Shown: positions 46,900 to 57,355, counted from the first letter of the stretch. The stretch: DNA of 64,000 nucleotides from Candidatus Cloacimonadales bacterium (GCA_963662585.1 OY759729.1:1859866-1923865); one strand, 5' to 3'. The notes: generated from the sequence alone by a model not told the origin. Program-made: numbers and translations.

Positions 46900-47834
46900 T
46901 GTCAGAATTAATCAAGCTTGAGAATCTTCTCTATTCTTATGGTTCAAAAGTAGCTGTTGATCTACCAATTTTGGAAGTAGAGGAAGGAGACTTATATGGA
47001 ATCATAGGAGCTGATGGTGCAGGAAAGACAACATTATTTAGACTTCTTGCTACCCTTTATAAACCTCAGCGAGGTAAGATTACTGTCTTTGGTCATGACA
47101 GCATGCCTGATTTTGCCAAGATTCGTAAGTTTACTGGCTATATGCCTGGTAAGTTTTCTCTCTATGAAGACTTAACTATCAAGGAAAATATGAACTTCTT
47201 TGCTTCTGTATTTGGTACTAGTGTAGAAGAAAACTATTCCCTTATTGAAGAGATTTATGTAATGTTAAAGCCCTTTGAGAACAGGAAGGCAGGCAAATTA
47301 TCTGGTGGAATGAAACAGAAACTAGCCTTGTGTTCTGCCTTAATTCATAAGCCTAGATTACTGCTATTGGATGAACCAACTACGGGTGTTGACCCTGCTT
47401 CAAGACAAGAGTTCTGGGAGATGCTACTTAAACTTCAAAAGAAAGGCATCACTATCATTGTCTCGACCCCCTATCTTGATGAGGCTCAAAAGTGTAAGAA
47501 ACTAGCCTTGATGCATAAATCCAAGATAATTGCTCATGGTAATACTTCTGATTTTATTACTAATTTTCCTTCTGCCCTTTTTCATATTAAAGGCTCAGAT
47601 ATGCGAGGCTTAATCCATCAATTAAGGGAATTTCCTCATTGCCATTCTGCTTATAGTTTTGGAGATAGTATTCATTATCAGGATAAAAGACCAAAGCCGG
47701 AAGACGAGATTCAGCAAGAAATAGAGACTTATTTAAAGAAATTAGGACAGGTCAAAACAAGTGTGATGAAGCAAACTCCTACAATTGAAGATGCCTTTAT
47801 AGAATATCTACATGGTGAAGAAAATGATAATTAA
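46899..47834 (+). CDS. ABC transporter ATP-binding protein
   Basis: Walker A GADGAGKTT, signature LSGGMKQK and Walker B LLLLDEPT. Confidence 0.92.
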   Translation: MSELIKLENLLYSYGSKVAVDLPILEVEEGDLYGIIGADGAGKTTLFRLLATLYKPQRGKITVFGHDSMPDFAKIRKFTGYMPGKFSLYEDLTIKENMNFFASVFGTSVEENYSLIEEIYVMLKPFENRKAGKLSGGMKQKLALCSALIHKPRLLLLDEPTTGVDPASRQEFWEMLLKLQKKGITIIVSTPYLDEAQKCKKLALMHKSKIIAHGNTSDFITNFPSALFHIKGSDMRGLIHQLREFPHCHSAYSFGDSIHYQDKRPKPEDEIQQEIETYLKKLGQVKTSVMKQTPTIEDAFIEYLHGEENDN

Positions 47835-48537
47835 AGTAGAAAATTTAGTTAAGAAGTTCGGTGACTTTACGGCAGTTGATAAGATTAGCTTCCAAGTCCC
47901 TAAAGGTGAAATATTTGGTTTTCTAGGAGCGAATGGAGCAGGTAAAACTACAGCAATTAAGATGCTTTGCGGACTATCCAAGCCAACTTCAGGTTCTGCT
48001 AACATTGCGGGTTATGATTTAGTGAGTCAATCAGAGCAAGTAAAGCTAAATATTGGTTATATGAGTCAGAAGTTTTCTCTTTATGATGACTTAACTATTG
48101 GGGAAAATATTGATTTTTATGGTGGATTGTATCGCCTAAAAGGTCTAGAGTTAAGGCAGAAGAAAGATGCTATCTTGCGAGAATTAGGCTTAGTAAAACA
48201 AAGAAAAGACTTGGTTAAGTCGCTTCCCTTAGGCTGGAAACAGAAATTAGCTTTTTCTGTAGCAACTATTCATGAACCTAAGATTCTTTTTTTAGATGAG
48301 CCTACAAGTGGGGTAGATCCTATTACTAGACGCAAGTTTTGGGAGATAATAATTGCTACTGCAAATCAAGGAATTACGATTTTTATTACTACTCACTATT
48401 TAGATGAAGCTGAGTATTGCGACAGAATTTCCATAATGGTTAATGGTAAAATTATAGCTCTTGATTCCCCAGCTAATCTAAAGGCTAAACTCAATGTCAA
48501 GACAACGGCAGAGATCTTTGCCAAATTAACAAGGTGA
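47824..48537 (+). CDS. ABC transporter ATP-binding protein (second ATPase)
   Basis: Walker A GANGAGKTT and Walker B ILFLDEPT. The start is probably ATG 47824 (MIIKVENL) rather than 47812. Overlaps the previous stop. Confidence 0.9.
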   Translation: MIIKVENLVKKFGDFTAVDKISFQVPKGEIFGFLGANGAGKTTAIKMLCGLSKPTSGSANIAGYDLVSQSEQVKLNIGYMSQKFSLYDDLTIGENIDFYGGLYRLKGLELRQKKDAILRELGLVKQRKDLVKSLPLGWKQKLAFSVATIHEPKILFLDEPTSGVDPITRRKFWEIIIATANQGITIFITTHYLDEAEYCDRISIMVNGKIIALDSPANLKAKLNVKTTAEIFAKLTR

Positions 48538-48541
48538 TGCT

Positions 48542-49645
48542 ATGAAAGAACTTATCTATTTTATCAAGAAAGAGTTTTTGCATATTTTTAGAGATTCCAA
48601 GAGCCTAATTATTCTCTTCGGCTTACCCATTATTCAGATAATACTATTCGGATTTGCTCTTACTAACGAGATTACCAATGTTGATTTTGCAGTATATGAT
48701 AATTCTAAGTCTCATACTTCCCAACGACTTATCAATAAAATTAATGCTACTGATTTCTTTACTTTGCAAGCATATATTACTAATCCTGACAAAATGGAAG
48801 AAGCTTTAATCAGTAATAGTGTTAAGTTTGTTTTGGTGATAGACTCTGATTTTGCTCAAAGCTATCCTCAAGGCAAGCAAGGTAAGATTCAGCTTTTGTT
48901 AGATGCTTCAGACCCTAACATAGCTACCAATATCCGAGCATATCTTAATAATATTATCACTGATTTTAGTCAGGAAGAATTTCCTAGTCTAGAAAAGAGT
49001 GATTTTATGACAGTAAAGATGTTCTATAATCCCCAAGTGAAAAGTGCTTATCTCTTTATTCCTGGACTCATGGCTTTCATTCTTACCCTTATTTCTGCCT
49101 TTATGACTTCTATTACTCTCACCCGCGAAAAAGAACTGGGGAATATGGAAATTCTGTTAATTTCACCCCTAAAACCCTATCAGATTATCGTGGGAAAAGT
49201 TATTCCTTATGCTATTCTATCTATTATCAATATAGCTAATATTCTCTTGTTAGGAAAGTTTGTCTTTGGAATGCCTCTTAATGGCTCACTTCTCTTGCTA
49301 AGTCTAGAATCTCTGCTATTCTTGCTTAATAGTTTAGCACTGGGAATTCTTATCTCATCATTTACTAATAGTCGACAAGTCGCTATGATGGTTGCTCTAG
49401 CTGGATTACTCCTTCCTACTATGCTTCTGTCAGGATTTATTTTCCCTGTCTCTAATATGCCTAAAGTGTTGCAATATTTCTCGCAAGTTATTCCTGCAAC
49501 TCATTTCATCACTATTCTCAAAGGAATTATGATTAAAGGTATCGGAATCAGCTATCTTATCAAAGAAACAAGCATTCTCGCCCTGCTTACCCTTCTATTT
49601 ATTAGTATTTCGATTAAAAAGTTCAATGTGAGGTTAGACAAATGA
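48542..49645 (+). CDS. ABC-2 type transporter permease
   Basis: 367 aa with an N-terminal TM, a large extracytoplasmic loop and a C-terminal 5-TM bundle (YbhS/YbhR-like). Confidence 0.85.
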   Translation: MKELIYFIKKEFLHIFRDSKSLIILFGLPIIQIILFGFALTNEITNVDFAVYDNSKSHTSQRLINKINATDFFTLQAYITNPDKMEEALISNSVKFVLVIDSDFAQSYPQGKQGKIQLLLDASDPNIATNIRAYLNNIITDFSQEEFPSLEKSDFMTVKMFYNPQVKSAYLFIPGLMAFILTLISAFMTSITLTREKELGNMEILLISPLKPYQIIVGKVIPYAILSIINIANILLLGKFVFGMPLNGSLLLLSLESLLFLLNSLALGILISSFTNSRQVAMMVALAGLLLPTMLLSGFIFPVSNMPKVLQYFSQVIPATHFITILKGIMIKGIGISYLIKETSILALLTLLFISISIKKFNVRLDK

Positions 49646-50730
49646 GAACTCTCTTTATCCTAATTAGAAAAGAACTGAAGCAAATATTCCGTAATAAAGG
49701 TATGCTCCCCATAATCTTTGCTATGCCTCTTATTCAATTGCTGATTCTAGCCAATGCTGCCAACTACGAAATTAAGAATATTAATGTCTCTATCTTAGAC
49801 TATGGTAAAAATGATTTTATTCCTGAGCTCTCTTCTCACTTAGAATATAATAGCTACTTTACGCTCAAAGGTGTGGATTATGATTATTCTAATGCTATTG
49901 CTCGCTTGGATAAAGGTCAAGTTGATGCTATTATCGTCCTTAACAATAACTTCGTACGACAATTTAATTCTGAAGAAGCCCAAATTCAACTGATTATTAA
50001 TACTATAGATGGTGCTTCGTCAGGTATCATTCTTAGCTATCTGTCTGACTTTATGGGGCAATATCTCTCGCAAAATAATAGTTCTTCTCCCTTGATTAAT
50101 ATGCAATATACCAATAAGTTTAATCTGAAGCTAGACTATAAGACTGTTATGGTGCCTGGTATTCTAGTGATTCTGATTTCAGTGATTAGTGTTTTCTTGA
50201 CTGCTATGAATGTTGTGAGAGAAAAGGAAATTGGAACCATAGATCAACTCAATGTTTCACCTATCACAAAACTTCAATTTATCGGTGGAAAACTCATTCC
50301 TATGGCTGTTATTGCTCTAGGTGAATTAATGTTTGGAATTGCTATAGGAAGATTAATTTATGGTATCCCTTTTATGGGTAATCCTATAACTATCATTATC
50401 TTCGCCCTTGCCTACCTCTGGGTTATGCTGTCATTCGGACTCATCATCTCTACTCGTGCCGAAACTCAACAACAAGCTATGCTAATCGCCTATGTTTTCT
50501 TAGTTATCTTCATTATGTTTTCAGGACTCTTCACCTCGGTCGAAAGTATGCCAACTTGGGCTAATTATATCTCCCAAGCTATTCCTGTCACTCACTTCAT
50601 CACTGTGATGCGTTCTGTGATGCTTAAGGCTACTCCCCTTCATTTATTATATAAAGAATTGATCATTTTACTAGCAAGTGGAGGCCTGCTCTTTACTCTT
50701 GCTACGCTTGGATATAAGAAGACAGAATAG
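49642..50730 (+). CDS. ABC-2 type transporter permease (paralog)
   Basis: Same architecture as the previous gene. ATGA overlap. Confidence 0.85.
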   Translation: MRTLFILIRKELKQIFRNKGMLPIIFAMPLIQLLILANAANYEIKNINVSILDYGKNDFIPELSSHLEYNSYFTLKGVDYDYSNAIARLDKGQVDAIIVLNNNFVRQFNSEEAQIQLIINTIDGASSGIILSYLSDFMGQYLSQNNSSSPLINMQYTNKFNLKLDYKTVMVPGILVILISVISVFLTAMNVVREKEIGTIDQLNVSPITKLQFIGGKLIPMAVIALGELMFGIAIGRLIYGIPFMGNPITIIIFALAYLWVMLSFGLIISTRAETQQQAMLIAYVFLVIFIMFSGLFTSVESMPTWANYISQAIPVTHFITVMRSVMLKATPLHLLYKELIILLASGGLLFTLATLGYKKTE

Positions 50731-50755
50731 AATTGAGAATTGAGAATTGAGAAGT
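50728..50755. repeat. Heptanucleotide array, second locus (TAGAATT GAGAATT GAGAATT GAGAAGT)
   Basis: The first unit contains the TAG stop of the permease gene. Same unit as at 18121-18183. Confidence 0.9.
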
Positions 50756-50807
50756 GATGAATCTATCCACTAATTTCACGAATTACACGAAGAAGATAGA
50801 GAAGACA

Positions 50808-50898
50808 AAGATGAGTGGCTTCTTAACTGGGAATGTGGGCTTCCAGCCCGCATCATTGCGAGGCAATGACATATCTTCAATCCCGAAGGGATTAAATA
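50808..50898. repeat. ~90-bp three-hairpin module, copy 2
   Basis: GATGAGTGGCTTCTTAACTGGGAATGTGGGCTTCCAGCCCGCATCATTGCGAGGCAATGACATATCTTCAATCCCGAAGGGATTAAATAAA. Confidence 0.9.
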
Positions 50899-50915
50899 AA
50901 TAAATACTGTCGGAC

Positions 50916-50934
50916 GGTGGAGATTCTCTCCGCC
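50916..50934. terminator. Possible bidirectional terminator hairpin between convergent genes
   Basis: GGTGGAGA-ttc-TCTCCGCC (8 bp with one G-U pair), lying between the permease and the MORN gene. Confidence 0.4.
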
Positions 50935-50964
50935 ACTTGTTTCATCTAAACTTGAACTTGCAAC

Positions 50965-51795
50965 TTAGAAACTAGATTCTACCAACTCCCCATTTTCGTA
51001 GGTTTCTTCATAATTAATGCTTCCGTTTTCATTATAATCGATGAACTTACCATGCAGTTTCCCATTTTTGTAGTAAATTTTACGAGAGATATTACCATTT
51101 ATATAATATGATAAATGCTCACCGACTTTTTTACCCATTACATAATAAGCTTTAGTTTTTAGATTCTTGTTGTGAAAATACTCTAAATACTCACCATCTT
51201 TTTTCCCATTTATATAGTTACACTTGCTATCTATATTCCCATTAGGATGGTACCATAAAACCTCTCCCTCTTCCTTTCCAACTTTATAATAACGCTCAAC
51301 TATTAAGCCCCCATTTTTATCATAACTTTTATACTCACCTTCTCTTTTCCCATCTATATAGTATGCTTTATCCCAGAGGGCTCCATTCTCATGATAACCA
51401 ATAGATTCACCTTCTTCTTTACCTTCTTTATAAGTAGCTTTTATCCATAAATTACCATTCTCATGATACTTGATAAGTTCTCCATCCTCTTTCCCATCTT
51501 TAAAATTAACTTTACTGCGTAAATCTCCATTTTTAAAATATCCTATGAACTCCCCAGTTTGCTTATCGTTAATATAGTTGCCTATATATGCCATAACTCC
51601 ATTTTCATAATACACAATAGACTGACCATTCTTTTTATCATCTTTATACTGGGATACTCGTTTGATTGCTCCGTTTTTATAATATTCCATGACTTGGCCA
51701 TTCTTTGTATCATTTTCATGATTAATAGCATTATTACTACAAGCAACGACTATTAAAAAGAGTAAAAATAGGAATAAGTACTTATTTAATTTCAT
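50965..51795 (-). CDS. MORN-repeat (YwqK-type) lipoprotein
   Basis: Lipobox VVACS, followed by about 10 repeats of the pattern G.....YY.NG....K..Y..GK..GE. Confidence 0.8.
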   Translation of the reverse strand: MKLNKYLFLFLLFLIVVACSNNAINHENDTKNGQVMEYYKNGAIKRVSQYKDDKKNGQSIVYYENGVMAYIGNYINDKQTGEFIGYFKNGDLRSKVNFKDGKEDGELIKYHENGNLWIKATYKEGKEEGESIGYHENGALWDKAYYIDGKREGEYKSYDKNGGLIVERYYKVGKEEGEVLWYHPNGNIDSKCNYINGKKDGEYLEYFHNKNLKTKAYYVMGKKVGEHLSYYINGNISRKIYYKNGKLHGKFIDYNENGSINYEETYENGELVESSF

Positions 51796-52250
51796 CTCCT
51801 CTCCTCTTATAAATTATTATTATCAAATTTATTACTCTTCATCTCCTTTGTCAAATTCTTAATTTATTAAGCTCTTAGGGACTATTAGATGGTCGTCTGT
51901 TGCTCTTTTGTTAGTTCTTGAGATAGCTCTTGAGGACCAGCAGAGGAAGTAAAGGAGAGAAGCTACTTCCCAAAATTAGTTAGGACGAAAAACAAAGAAA
52001 AAAAAGGAAGATAAGTAACCAGCTTAGATGAATATATAGAATCTGCTATATTATTACTTTAAAATAGAATATAGAACACAATTTTATTTATCAACACTCA
52101 TCTTTTATGATATTTATTTTATTAATATTTTTTTTCATTAACTCATAATAAGTATTGACAAATAAAATTGAGATAATTAATTTAGTTTATATATAATTTT
52201 CTAGTGACAGAAATAGGTTAACTAACTTTTGTAATGACTTTGGAGTTAAT

Positions 52251-54278
52251 ATGAAACAATATGTAAGATTTGTATGGCTATTACTGATATTGCTACTACT
52301 TGCTTGTGAAGAAAGAAGCACTAACCCTGACAATTACCCTAACATACTTTCTCAAAATACTTACCTGATATCTACTGCAGATATTAATCAAAATGCTATA
52401 ACTATCACAGAATCTACCCTTATTATAAAGCAGTCTGGTGCTCTAAAATATTTAGATACTGGAGATATATTAATAGTCGGACCAAATAACTTGTCCGACA
52501 AAGGTCTTTTTCTTAAAATTATAAGTAAAGAAACGACAAATGATGAAATTACTTTAACAATTGAAAAAGCAAGATTAACTGAAGCTTTTACTAATTTAGA
52601 TGTAGAAGAAAAGATACAACTTACTTCTGAAGATATCCGTGAGATTGAGCTTAATAATAGTAGCTATTCTAGCGATGATGAGAGACTTAATTTTAATGTG
52701 GATGGCATTGTTTATGATCGGGATAATGATATTACAACTACTGATGATCAAGTTAAATTTACAGGAACTTTATCTTTTGAATTAGCTTTTGAGCTAGAAC
52801 TTGAAATAGAAAAGAACCTACTAGAGGAGTATCAGCTTAACTGGGATATAGACAAGGATATTAATTTAAATCTAGTCACTGGTAGTACGGTTTATGAAGA
52901 GATGGATAACTTGATGCTTGATATAGCCTATATTTCTTATTCTCCTCAACTAATTCTGATAGATAACATTCCCTTAGTAATCACCCCTAAAGTGCATCTT
53001 TCTGTAGCTTTAGATGGTGAACTAATGGTAAAGTTCGCTTCTAATATTAGTTATTCTGAATCTTCAGAAAGTGGGTTGGAATATGATTCAGGATTATGGA
53101 ATAATATAAATTCTAACGATAATAGCTTTTCTCTTTCTGAGTTACCAGAGAATAACGAGTTAGATTTTACTCAAAAAACCTCAACCCTTCTTGCTTTAGA
53201 TTTGTTCAATTCAGAAATAGCTAGCATTCTTGTAGATAATAAGCTAAACTTTGAAGCTAAACATTATGCTACTCAAGATAATAGTAACAATCTAAAAACC
53301 CTTATAACTGCAAGTCAGCTGGTTAGCTCAGATTTCAGAATGCAAATAATCTCTCCTTTGCTTGCAGATAAATATTGTGAGTTCCTAGCCTATGAACAGA
53401 CTCTTACCGATGATTACAGTTCAATTGATACTCCAGCAGATATGGCATTTGTGCCAGGAGGAGCTTTTATCATGGGAAATACTAGAGGAGCTGAAGTAGA
53501 GGAAGAACTTACTCCTCATCAAGTTTTCCTTAGTCCTTTTTATATGTGTATCCATGAAGTTACTCAAGGTGAATATTCAGCTATCATGGGAGAAAATCCA
53601 AGCAGTCTTCTTAGTGAAGAATGGCCTGTGGAGAAAGTAAGTAGAGCTAAAGCTTATGCCTACTGCAATTTATTATCAATAGAGGAAAACAGGGAACCAG
53701 CTTACACCTATGATCAAGATGGGACAGACCCGAATACTTGGTCTGATGGCTGGACTGATTCTAATAATGTAGATAATTTTACTTGTGATTTTACAGCAAA
53801 TGGCTATAGACTTCCTACCGAAGCAGAATGGGAGTATGCAGCCAGAGGTGCTACAAATGAACCTGACTACATCTATTCAGGTTCAGACAACTTTTCTAAT
53901 GTTGTAGGTATCGGGCTTTGGGAATATTGGTGGGGACCAGGTGCTGTAGAAGGTTATTCTCTTATAGGATATAGCGCCGTATGTAGTAGAAATGCTAATT
54001 CCTTAGGTATTTATGATATGTCGGGAAGTGTCTGGGAAATGTGTTGGGATTACTATGCCCTTTATAATACAGACTTTCAAGTTAATCCTACTGGTCCTGA
54101 AAGCGGTATTAATCATGTGTTGAGAGGTGGGTCAGTGGAAAACATGACCGAGAACCGCCCTCAATGTCAAGTAATTTATCGTGGTCACTTTTCAGAAACT
54201 GTTCATCCTCCCCAGTGTATTGGTTTTAGGGTGGTTATGAATGCAGATCAAGATAATCTAGGAGGAAATAATGATTAG
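52251..54278 (+). CDS. Lipoprotein with an unknown ~400-aa N-terminal region and a C-terminal FGE-sulfatase (SUMF1/C-type-lectin-fold) domain
   Basis: Lipobox LLLLACE. The C-terminal domain carries FVPGGAFIMGN, EVTQGEYSAIMGENPS, YRLPTEAEWEYAARG, GIYDMSGSVWEMCWD, RGGS and GFRVV. Confidence 0.8.
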   Translation: MKQYVRFVWLLLILLLLACEERSTNPDNYPNILSQNTYLISTADINQNAITITESTLIIKQSGALKYLDTGDILIVGPNNLSDKGLFLKIISKETTNDEITLTIEKARLTEAFTNLDVEEKIQLTSEDIREIELNNSSYSSDDERLNFNVDGIVYDRDNDITTTDDQVKFTGTLSFELAFELELEIEKNLLEEYQLNWDIDKDINLNLVTGSTVYEEMDNLMLDIAYISYSPQLILIDNIPLVITPKVHLSVALDGELMVKFASNISYSESSESGLEYDSGLWNNINSNDNSFSLSELPENNELDFTQKTSTLLALDLFNSEIASILVDNKLNFEAKHYATQDNSNNLKTLITASQLVSSDFRMQIISPLLADKYCEFLAYEQTLTDDYSSIDTPADMAFVPGGAFIMGNTRGAEVEEELTPHQVFLSPFYMCIHEVTQGEYSAIMGENPSSLLSEEWPVEKVSRAKAYAYCNLLSIEENREPAYTYDQDGTDPNTWSDGWTDSNNVDNFTCDFTANGYRLPTEAEWEYAARGATNEPDYIYSGSDNFSNVVGIGLWEYWWGPGAVEGYSLIGYSAVCSRNANSLGIYDMSGSVWEMCWDYYALYNTDFQVNPTGPESGINHVLRGGSVENMTENRPQCQVIYRGHFSETVHPPQCIGFRVVMNADQDNLGGNND

Positions 54279-56940
54279 TAAAATTACCAAGCATATACTT
54301 ATAGCCCTCTTCTTATTATTTGTTTTAGTTAGCTGTGAAGATAAGGTTTCTAGTCCTACCCTAAAAGAAGCTTCACTTGCTAGCAATACTCATTTGAATC
54401 ATGATTATATTTTGAATATTTCAGACCAGCAAATTAGTGTAGATAAAGATAATTCTCTTAGTAAGGCAGAGCTTGGTGATATTATCATGTCTGCTTCAAG
54501 ACCTGAAGCCCCTGAAGGTTTCTTACGAAAAGTCCTTAGTAAAAATACTCAGGGAAATACAGTTGATTTTGGAACTACTAATGCTTCTTTTTTAGAGGCA
54601 TTTAGCAAACTTAATCTGCAAAGGACTATTTCACTTACCCCAGACCAAATAGTAGATTTTGAATTATTCAATGAGTGTCTTTATGACAGTGATGAAGATG
54701 TAGATGGTTATAATTTTGTTTTTAATTCAGCTCTCTATGATCAAGATAATGATAGAGGAACAGTTGATGACCAAATAGTAATTTCAGGAAATATGAAGAT
54801 TAATTTAGGAATGGAAGTTAATATCTCAATAGAAAATCAAGAATTGAATAACTTTTCCCTTGAAACAACCATGGAAAAAGAAGGAAGCTTGAATCTAAAT
54901 GTTAAAAATATTGATAATTTTGCTGATAATACTAAAATAGCTTTAGCAAGTATGAAGTTTTATCCTCAAACAATTCTTCTTGATAAGATTCCTATTGTAA
55001 TAACTCCAACTGTAGTTCTTAGCTTACAAATTCAGGGAAACTATGATTTTATTTGTGTTTCTGAAGTTGTCTTAGAAGAGAGTAGTAGAAATGGGGTAAG
55101 CTATGAAGCCGGCAGTTGGCAAGCTATCGGTTCCTCTCAGAAAGAGCTCAATTCAACAATAAGTGATGTAAATAAAGAGTATAATATTCAGTATGGTATG
55201 ACTAGTGAGAATCATTATAAGCTCTACGACCAAGATTTAATTTCTATTATTTCTGAAAATAGCTTTAATTTTCTTAAGGAACTATCTTATGATGATGCAA
55301 TACATGAATTAAATAATACTGTTGAAGCTTCCCTGGTAAATAATATAACACTAGAAGCAGGAGCTATTTCTTCTCAAATGACCAACTTAGTTTTTTCTGA
55401 TATTGTTTATTCAGAGCCTATTAATCAGGAAGAAACTGAAACAGAATTCTTAAACGAATTGATATACATTGCGGGAGGAGATTTTGTTCATGATGGAGTT
55501 ACTAAAAAAAGTACTGTGAATGATTTCTTTATTAGCAAATATGAAGTAACCCAAGCTCAATTTGAAGCAGTAATGGGCTATAATCCAAGCACTTTTACAG
55601 GTTGGAATAAGCCAGTTGAAACCGTCTCTTGGTATGAAGCAATAAGGTTCTGTAATAAGTTATCTATTCAAGAAGGTTACAGCCCCTGTTATGATTTTTC
55701 TGGCTATGGTACAGATCCTGATACATGGCCAGACGAATATGGATACATTTCTTGGGTTGACTACTCTTCTTCTTTAATTAATTCTGGATATGGAAATGGA
55801 TATAGTTTGCCTACTTCCTTACAGTGGAGGTTTGTAGCTGACCAAGGAATTTCCCATGCTAGCTTGCCTTATTCCGGCTCAAGTGATTGTAATGAAGTTG
55901 CCCACTATGCAGGAAATAATGACCCGTATGGCCCTAAAGTTGTAGGAACAAAAGAAGCTAACTCTTATGGTATTTATGATCTTAACGGTAATGTGGGTGA
56001 ACTAATGTGGACTCTAGATTATAGCAAAGCTAAAAGAGCTGACCGCATCCTTATTATGGTAAGGGGTGGTGGTTGGAATAGTGATGCAGAACAATGCAAA
56101 ATTAAACAGAGAAGATATCAACAAGAAAATGACAAAATGATTGATGTTGGCTTTAGAATAGTAAGACAAACTAATGATGCTTCTGCCTATACTGTGAATC
56201 AGCCAACTATTACTCGTACTGCGATGACTTACTATTTGCCTATCACTGTTAGTATTAGTACTATAACACCTGGGGCTGAAATAAGATACACTCTTGATGG
56301 GTCTGAGCCAACAGAAGAATCTACTCTCTACGAAGGCTCTTTTCTCATTGAAAGTACTTGTACCCTGACTACTAAAGGTTTTAAGGAAAACTGGACACCT
56401 AGTAGGAGTAAATCAGCTAATTTCTATATCTACCCTCTTCTTGCTCCAACAATAAGCCCTGCATCAGGATTTTATCCAGAGCCCATAGAGGTAGAAATTA
56501 CCAGTGAACATTGGGATAATCGTCTTAGATATCGTAAAAACTCCTCGACTATTTATTATTATTCTAATCCCTTCACTCTTGATGAGACTGCCGTTATATC
56601 AGCTTGGAGCCTGGTCTGGAATTATGAATTAGAGACATATACCAGTAGCGATACAGTTTATGCTGAATATCAAATACCTAGAGCTACTCTTATTAATCCT
56701 CCGATAATTTCTCCACCTACTGGAAGCTATTCAAGTCCTCAAAGAGTATCATTAAATCTCTCTGAAAGCGACTATCCTATCTATTATACTCTAGATGGAT
56801 CCTTGCCTACTCATAATTCTCTGAGATACACTAATCCTTTTGAAATTAGTAAATCATGTACTATAAGGTCATTTGCCTATAGGAGTGGAGACGGGCAAAG
56901 TAGAGTTTCAGAAGCAAACTTCATTATCGAAACAAAGTAA
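54271..56940 (+). CDS. Paralogous lipoprotein: same N-terminal region, an FGE-sulfatase domain and three C-terminal chitobiase/FN3-associated-like repeats
   Basis: AGGAGG RBS and lipobox LVSCE. FGE strings EVTQAQFEAVMGYNPS, VSWYEAIRFCNKLS, GIYDLNGNVGELMW, RGGGW and GFRIVR. The C-terminus has three ~80-aa repeats with IRYTLDGSEPT / IYYTLDGSLPT. Confidence 0.8.
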   Translation: MISKITKHILIALFLLFVLVSCEDKVSSPTLKEASLASNTHLNHDYILNISDQQISVDKDNSLSKAELGDIIMSASRPEAPEGFLRKVLSKNTQGNTVDFGTTNASFLEAFSKLNLQRTISLTPDQIVDFELFNECLYDSDEDVDGYNFVFNSALYDQDNDRGTVDDQIVISGNMKINLGMEVNISIENQELNNFSLETTMEKEGSLNLNVKNIDNFADNTKIALASMKFYPQTILLDKIPIVITPTVVLSLQIQGNYDFICVSEVVLEESSRNGVSYEAGSWQAIGSSQKELNSTISDVNKEYNIQYGMTSENHYKLYDQDLISIISENSFNFLKELSYDDAIHELNNTVEASLVNNITLEAGAISSQMTNLVFSDIVYSEPINQEETETEFLNELIYIAGGDFVHDGVTKKSTVNDFFISKYEVTQAQFEAVMGYNPSTFTGWNKPVETVSWYEAIRFCNKLSIQEGYSPCYDFSGYGTDPDTWPDEYGYISWVDYSSSLINSGYGNGYSLPTSLQWRFVADQGISHASLPYSGSSDCNEVAHYAGNNDPYGPKVVGTKEANSYGIYDLNGNVGELMWTLDYSKAKRADRILIMVRGGGWNSDAEQCKIKQRRYQQENDKMIDVGFRIVRQTNDASAYTVNQPTITRTAMTYYLPITVSISTITPGAEIRYTLDGSEPTEESTLYEGSFLIESTCTLTTKGFKENWTPSRSKSANFYIYPLLAPTISPASGFYPEPIEVEITSEHWDNRLRYRKNSSTIYYYSNPFTLDETAVISAWSLVWNYELETYTSSDTVYAEYQIPRATLINPPIISPPTGSYSSPQRVSLNLSESDYPIYYTLDGSLPTHNSLRYTNPFEISKSCTIRSFAYRSGDGQSRVSEANFIIETK

Positions 56941-57020
56941 TTTCCCAATACTTCAGTAAAGCTGATAAGAAGCTTGACACAATAGTTAGTTAATAAAAGG
57001 ATGAAAATCCAAACACCGAT

Positions 57021-57070
57021 AAAGAGACATTTTCAATTAATTTTGATTTTGTCTCTTTTCTTATTTTTGA
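57021..57070 (+). terminator. Possible terminator after the FGE-domain gene pair
   Basis: AAAGAGAC (57021-57028) / GTCTCTTT (57051-57058), followed by TCTTATTTTTG. The 22-nt loop is long, so this is weak. Confidence 0.3.
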
Positions 57071-57355
57071 AATTCTATTGTCACACCACCTGTATCCCCC
57101 TCATAGAAGGAGATTTAAGAGTTATTGTAGCACCCCCTGTGTCCCCCTCATAGGAGGGGGATTTAAGAAAACACCCCGTCTGCTGCGCAGCCACCCCTCT
57201 TTTAGCGTGCCTTCAGCATTAAAGCGGGGAATTTGAAGATGTTGTACCAGATTAAACTTCCATCTACACATCTTTTAGTCTGCCTTGAGCAATCAAGGGG
57301 GAATTGAATAGGTAAAGACTCTTGTTTTCTTCATCATTATAATAGTAATAGCAAT

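Noticed and set aside
52251-56940. FGE-sulfatase/C-type-lectin-fold C-termini are classic targets of diversity-generating retroelements.
   Set aside because: There is no reverse-transcriptase ORF in the window. I found no template-repeat-like second copy of either gene's 3' region, and the two FGE domains are not similar at the nucleotide level in the way a TR/VR pair would be. In the second protein the domain is not C-terminal. A DGR elsewhere in the genome cannot be excluded.
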